The notes under the pieces were generated by a model. The model saw only the letters and a program-made list of their open reading frames with translations, was not told the origin of the DNA and ran no database searches. A stretch of DNA of 64,000 nt. Source: Eledone cirrhosa. Its lineage: Eukaryota. Both the position numbers and the translations under genes were made by a program. The stretch lies in the NCBI GenBank assembly GCA_964016885.1, contig OZ024748.1:39184001-39248000 (forward strand). Direction: 5' to 3'. Shown piece after piece: positions 56,912-64,000 of this stretch; position 1 is the first letter of the stretch; each line of letters begins with the position of its first letter.

Positions 56912-59900
56912 ACACTGCCAATGTCATTAACCCTTTCATTACCATATTTCTGACACTGTCTATGTCATTAACCCTTTCATTACCATATTTCTAATAAAAG
57001 ACACTGTCTATATCATTAACCCTTTCATTACCATATTTCTAATGAAAGACACTGTCTATGCAATTAACCCTTTCATTAACATATTTCTCACAAATGCCAC
57101 TGTTTATGTCATTGACCATTTCATTACCATATTTCTAATGAAAGACATTGTCTATGTCAATAACACATTCATTACCATATTTCTAATGAAAGACACTGCC
57201 TATGTCATTAACACTTTCATTACCATATTTCTAATGTAAGACACTGTCTGTCATTAACCCTGTCATTACTATATTTCTAATGAAAGACACTGCCTATGTC
57301 ATTAACCCTTTAATTACCATATTTCTAATGAAAGACACTGTCTATGTCATTAACCCTTTATTATCATATTTCTAATGAAAGACACTGTCTATGTCATTAA
57401 CCCTTTTTTATCATATTTCAAATGAAAGACAGTCTATGTCATTAACCCTTTCATTAACATATTTCTCACAAAAGACACTGCCTATGTCCATATTACCATA
57501 TATCTAATGAAAGACACTGTCTATGTCATTAACTCTTTCATTACTATATTGCTAATGAAAGACACTGTCTATTTCATTAACCCTTTCATTACCCTATTTC
57601 TAATGAAAGACACTGCCAATGTCATTAACCCTTTCATTACCATATTTCTGACACTGTCTATGTCATTAACCCTTTCATCATCATATTTCTAATAAGAGAA
57701 ACTGTTTATGTCATTAACCCTATCATTACCTTATTTCTAATGAAAGACACTGTCTATGTCATTAACCCTGTCATTACCATATTTCTAATGAAAGACACTG
57801 CCGATGTCATTAACCCTTTCATTACCATATTTCTGAGACTGTCTATTTCATTAACCCTTTCATTACCATATTTCTAATGAAAGACACTGTCTATGTCATT
57901 AACCCTTTCATTACCATATTTATAATGAAAGACACTGTCTATTTCATTAACCCTTTCATTACCATATTTCTAATGAAAGACACTGTCTATTTCATTAACC
58001 CTTTCACTACCATATTTCTAATGAAAGACACTGTCTATTTCATTAACCCTTTCATTACCATATTTCTAACGAAAGACACTGTCTATGTCATTAACCCTTT
58101 CATTACCATATTTCTAATGAAAGACACTGTCTATTTCATTAACCCTTTCATTACCATATTTCTAATGAAAGACACTGTCTATTTCATTAACTCTTTCATT
58201 ACCATATTTCTAATGAAAGACACTGTCTATTTCATTAAACCTTTCATTACCATATTTCTAATGAAAGACACTGTCTATGTCATTAACTCTTTCAATACCA
58301 TATTTCTATTGAAAGACACTGTCTATTTCATTAACCCTTTCATTACCATATTTCTAATGAAAGACACTGCCAATGTCATTAACCCTTTCATTACCATATT
58401 TCTGACACTGTCTATGTCATTAACCCTTTCATCATCATATTTCTAATAAAAGGCACTGTTTATGTCATTAACCCTATCATTACCTTATTTCTAATGAAAG
58501 ACACTGTCTATGTCATTAACCCTGTCATTACCATATTTCTAATGAAAGACATTGCCGATGTCATTAACCCTTTCATTACCATATTTCTGAGACTGTCTAT
58601 TTCATTAACCCTTTCATTACCATATTTCTGAGACTGTCTATTTCATTAACCCTTTCATTACCATATTTCTAATGAAAGACACTGTCTATGTCATTAACCC
58701 TTTCATTACCATATTTCTAATGAAAGACACTGTCTATTTCATTAACCCTTTCATTACCATATTTCTAATGAAAGACACTGTCTATTTCATTAACACTTTC
58801 ATTACCATATTTCTAATGAAAGACACTGTCTATTTCATTAAACCTTTCATTACCATATTTCTAATGAAAGACACTGTCTATGTCATTAACCCTTTCATTA
58901 CCATATTTCTAATGAAAGACACTGTCTATGTCATTAACCCTTTCATTACCATATTTTTAATGAAAGTCACTGTCTATGTCATTAACACTTTCATTACCAT
59001 ATTTCTAATGAAAGTCACTGTCTATGTCATTAACCCTTTCATTACCATATTTCTAATGAAAGACACTGTCTATGTCATTAACCCTTTCATTACCATATTT
59101 CTAATGAAAGTCACTGTCTATGTCATTAACCCTTTCATTACCATATTTCTAATGAAAGTCACTGTCTATGTCATTAACCCTTTCATTACCATATTTCTAA
59201 TGAAAGTCACTGTCTATTTCATTAACCCTTTCATTACCATATTTCTAATGAAAGACACTGTCTATGTCATTAACCCTTTCATTACCATATTTCTAATGAA
59301 AGTCACTGTCTATGTCATTAACCCTTTCATTACCATATTTCTAATGAAAGACACTGTCTATGTCATTAACCCTTTCATTACCATATTTCTAATAAAAGTC
59401 ACTGTCTATGTCATTAACCCTTTCATTACCATATTTCTAATGAAAGTCACTGTCTATGTCATTAACCCTTTCATTACCATATTTCTAATGAAAGACACTG
59501 TCTATGTCATTAACCCTTTCATTACCATATTTCAAATGAAAATCACTGTCTATGTCATTAACCCTTTCATTACCATATTTTTAATGAAAGTCACTGTCTA
59601 TGTCATTAACCCTTTCATTACCATATTTCTAATGAAAGTCACTGTCTATGTCATTAACCCTTTCATTACCATATTTCTAATGAAAGACACAGTCTATGTC
59701 ATTAATCCTTTCATTACCATATTTCTAATGAAAGTCACTGTCTATGTCATTAACCCTTTCATTACCATATTTCTAATGAAAGACACTGCCAATGTCATTA
59801 ACCCTTTCATTACCATATTTCTGACACTGTCTATGTCATTAACCCTTTCATTACCATATTTCTAATAAAAGACACTGTCTATATCATTAACCCTTTCATT

Positions 59901-60510
59901 ACCATATTTCTAATGAAAGACACTGTCTATGCAATTAACCCTTTCATTAACATATTTCTCACAAATGCAACTGTTTATGTCATTGACCATTTCATTACCA
60001 TATTTCTAATGAAAGACATTGTCTATGTCAATAACACATTCATTACCATATTTCTAATGAAAGACACTGCCTATGTCATTAACACTTTCATTACCATATT
60101 TCTAATGTAAGACACTGTCTGTCATTAACCCTGTCATTACTATATTTCTAATGAAAGACACTGCCTATGTCATTAACCCTTTAATTACCATATTTCTAAT
60201 GAAAGACACTGTCTATGTCATTAACCCTTTATTATCATATTTCTAATGAAAGACACTGTCTATGTCATTAACCCTTTTTTATCATATTTCAAATGAAAGA
60301 CAGTCTATGTCATTAACCCTTTCATTAACATATTTCTCACAAAAGACACTGCCTATGTCCATATTACCATATATCTAATGAAAGACACTGTCTATGTCAT
60401 TAACTCTTTCATTACTATATTGCTAATGAAAGACACTGTCTATTTCATTAACCCTTTCATTACCCTATTTCTAATGAAAGACACTGCCAATGTCATTAAC
60501 CCTTTCATTA
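56890..60510 (+). repeat. Duplication, offset 2871 bp
   Basis: Landmarks 56994/59865, 57042/59913 and 57507/60378. Shared private variants are cacaaatgc and actatattgctaatg. Confidence 0.82.
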
Positions 60511-61689
60511 TCATATTTCTAATAAGAGAAACTGTTTATGTCATTAACCCTATCATTACCTTATTTCTAATGAAAGACACTGTCTATGTCATTAACCCTG
60601 TCATTACCATATTTCTAATGAAAGACACTGCCGATGTCATTAACCCTTTCATTACCATATTTCTGAGACTGTCTATTTCATTAACCCTTTCATTACCATA
60701 TTTCTAATGAAAGACACTGTCTATGTCATTAACCCTTTCATTACCATATTTATAATGAAAGACACTGTCTATTTCATTAACCCTTTCATTACCATATTTC
60801 TAATGAAAGACACTGTCTATTTCATTAACCCTTTCACTACCATATTTCTAATGAAAGACACTGTCTATTTCATTAACCCTTTCATTAGCATATTTCTAAC
60901 GAAAGACACTGTCTATTTCATTAACCCTTTCATTACCATATTTCTAATGAAAGACACTGTCTATTTCATTAACCCTTTCATTACCATATTTCTAATGAAA
61001 GACACTGTCTATTTCATTAAACCTTTCATTACCATATTTCTAATGAAAGACACTGTCTATGTCATTAACCCTTTCATTACCATATTTCTTATGAAAGACA
61101 CTGTCTTTGTCATTAACCCTTTATTATCATATTTCTAATGAAAGGCACTGTCTATGTCATTAACCCTTTATTATCATATTTCTAATGAAAGACACTGTCT
61201 ATGTCATTAACCCTTTCATTAACATATTTCTCACAAAAGACACTGCCTATGTCCATATTACCATATATCTAATGAAAGACACTGTCTATTTCATTAACCC
61301 TTTCATTACCATATTTCTAATGAAAGACACTGCCAATGTCATTAACCCTTTCATTACCATATTTCTGACACTGTCTATGTCATTAACCCTTTCATCATCA
61401 TATTTCTAATAAAAGGCACTGTTTATGTGATTAACCCTATCATTACCTTATTTCTAATGAAAGACACTGTCTATGTCATTAACCCTTTCATTACCATATT
61501 TCTAATGAAAGACACTGCCGATGTCATTAACCCTTTCATTACCATATTTCTGAGACTGTCTATTTCATTAACCCTTCCATTACCATATTTCTAATGAAAG
61601 ACACTGTCTATGTCATTAACCCTTTCATTACCATATTTCTAATGAAAGACACTGTCTATTTCATTAACCCTTTCATTACCATATTTCTA

Positions 61690-63310
61690 ATGAAAGACAC
61701 TGTCTATTTCATTAACCCTTTCCTTACCATATTTCTAATGAAAGACACTGTCTATTTCATTAACACTTTCATTACCATATTTCTAATGAAAGACACTGTC
61801 TATTTCATTAACCCTTTCATTACCATATTTCTAATGAAAGACACTGTCTATTTCATTAAACCTTTCATTACCATATTTCTAATGAAAGACACTGTCTATG
61901 TCATTAACCCTTTCATTACCATATTTCTAATGAAAGACATTGTCTATGTCATTAACCCTTTCATTACCATATTTTTAATGAAAGTCACTGTCTATGTCAT
62001 TAACACTTTCATTACCATATTTCTAATGAAAGTCACTGTCTATGTCATTAACCCTTTCATTACCATATTTCTAATGAAAGTCACTGTCTATGTCATTAAC
62101 CCTTTCATTACCATATTTCTAATGAATGACACTGTCTATGTCATTAACCCTTTCATTACCATATTTCTGACACTGTCTATGTCATTAACCCTTTCATCAT
62201 CATATTTCTAATAAGAGAAACTGTTTATGTCATTAACCCTATCATTACCTTATTTCTAATGAAAGACACTGTCTATTTCATTAAACCTTTCATTACCGTA
62301 TTTCTAATGAAAGACACTGTCTATTTCATTAACCCTTTCATTACCATATTTCTAATGAAAGACACTGCCAATGTCATTAACCCTTTCATTACCATATTTC
62401 TGACACTGTCTATGTCATTAACCCTTTCATCATCATATTTCTAATAAAAGACACTGTTTATGTCATTAACCCTATCATTACCTTACTTCTAATGAAAGAC
62501 ACTGTCTATGTCATTAACCCTGTCATTACCATATTTCTAATGAAAGACACTGCCGATGTCATAAACCCTTTCATTACCATATTTCTGAGACTGTCTATTT
62601 CATTAACCCTTTCATTACCATATTTCTAATGAAAGACACTGTCTATGTCATTAACCCTTTCATTACCATATTTCTAATGAAAGACACTGTCTAATTCATT
62701 AACCCTTTCATTACCATATTTCTAATGAAAGACACTGTCTATTTCATTAACCCTTTCCTTACCATATTTCTAATGAAAGACACTGTCTATTTCATTAACA
62801 CTTTCATTACCATATTTCTAATGAAAGACACTGTCTATTTCATTAACCCTTTCATTACCATATTTCTAATGAAAGACACTGTCTATTTCATTAAACCTTT
62901 CATTACCATATTTCTAATGAAAGACACTGTCTATGTCATTAACCCTTTCATTACCATATTTCTAATGAAAGACACTGTCTATGTCATTAACCCTTTCATT
63001 ACCATATTTTTAATGAAAGTCACTGTCTATGTCATTAACACTTTCATTACCATATTTCTAATGAAAGTCACTGTCTATGTCATTAACCCTTTCATTACCA
63101 TATTTCTAATGAAAGTCACTGTCTATGTCATTAACCCTTTCATTACCATATTTCTAATGAATGACACTGTCTATGTCATTAACCCTTTCATTACCATATT
63201 TCTGACACTGTCTATGTCATTAACCCTTTCATCATCATATTTCTAATAAGAGAAACTGTTTATGTCATTAACCCTATCATTACCTTATTTCTAATGAAAG
63301 ACACTGTCTA
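61690..63310 (+). repeat. Duplication, offset 1035 bp
   Basis: ORF ends 62211/63246. Shared variants are tttccttacc, atgaatgacac and ataagagaaact. Confidence 0.8.
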
Positions 63311-64000
63311 TGTCATTAACCCTGTCATTACCATATTTCTAATGAAAGACACTGCCGATGTCATTAACCCTTTCATTACCATATTTCTGAGACTGTCTAT
63401 TTCATTAACCCTTTCATTACCATATTTCTAATGAAAGACACTGTCTATGTCATTAACCCTTTCATTACCATATTTATAATGAAAGACACTGTCTATTTCA
63501 TTAACCCTTTCATTACCATATTTCTAATGAAAGACACTGTCTATTTCATTAACCCTTTCCTTACCATATTTCTAATGAAAGACACTGTCTATGTCATTAA
63601 CTCTTTCATTACCATATTTCTAATGAAAGACACTGTCTATTTCATTAACCCTTTCATTACCATATTTCTAATGAAAGACACTGCCAATGTCATTAACCCT
63701 TTCATTACCATATTTCTGACACTGTCTATTTCATTAACACTTTCATTACCATATTTCTAATGAAAGACACTGTCTATTTCATTAACCCTTTCATTACCAT
63801 ATTTCTAACGAAAGACACTGTCTATGTCATTAACCCTTTCATTACCATATTTCTAATGAAAGACACTGTCTATTTCATTAACCCTTTCATTACCATATTT
63901 CTAATGAAAGACACTGTCTATTTCATTAACACTTTCATTACCATATTTCTAATGAAAGACACTGTCTATTTCATTAAACCTTTCATTACCATATTTCTAA

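Larger units (their letters stand above)
1..64000 (+). repeat. 48-bp tandem satellite array running off both window edges; consensus ATGAAAGWCACTGTCTATKTCATTAACCCTTTCATTACCATATTTCTA
   Basis: Directly visible 48-nt periodicity throughout (clean consensus copy at 952-999). The ORF track shows the same 16-codon unit everywhere and only on the + strand, so there is no orientation switch. Consensus composition is A15 T18 C11 G4. Confidence 0.99.

Noticed and set aside
41-63760. All ORF-track entries as protein-coding genes or a translationally coupled operon
   Set aside because: They are the same 48-bp unit read in its one open frame. Boundaries are set by indels, and TAATG overlaps are built into every monomer junction. 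There is no domain, ribosome-binding or splice context.
1-64000. CRISPR array (palindromic repeats at regular period)
   Set aside because: There are no unique spacers, since the entire period is repeated, and no leader or cas genes are present.
1-64000. Identity with human 48-bp CER/D22Z3 satellite or the DRD4 48-bp VNTR
   Set aside because: Only the length is shared. From memory those repeats are more GC-rich with unrelated sequence (not database-verified).
1-64000. Nucleosome-length trimer or tetramer (144/192 bp) higher-order repeat
   Set aside because: Variant patterns show no consistent 3- or 4-monomer period; the numerical fit alone is not evidence.

Overview
The whole 64 kb window is one uninterrupted, head-to-tail, single-orientation tandem array of an AT-rich 48-bp monomer: consensus ATGAAAG(A/T)CACTGTCTAT(G/T)TCATTAACCCTTTCATTACCATATTTCTA, about 31% GC, no CpG, roughly 1,300+ copies. 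It looks like eukaryotic satellite DNA; I cannot assign a family or organism. I see no unique sequence, gene, RNA gene, CRISPR spacer or inserted element. All ORFs in the track are by-products of one stop-free frame in the 16-codon monomer, but they serve as useful landmarks. The structure is hierarchical. (i) The monomer has a 12-bp sub-periodicity and two competing inverted repeats. (ii) A cassette of diverged 47/39/41-bp monomers recurs about 30 times and punctuates a variable-length higher-order unit of mostly 1-3 kb. (iii) There are nested, near-identical kb-scale duplications (offsets 1512, 1800, 2042, 2230, 2871, 4470, 4512, 6373 and about 21.7 kb). (iv) Four sub-domains carry private variants. 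I find no evidence of a novel protein-coding system; any function (centromeric, protein-binding, structural) is inference only.
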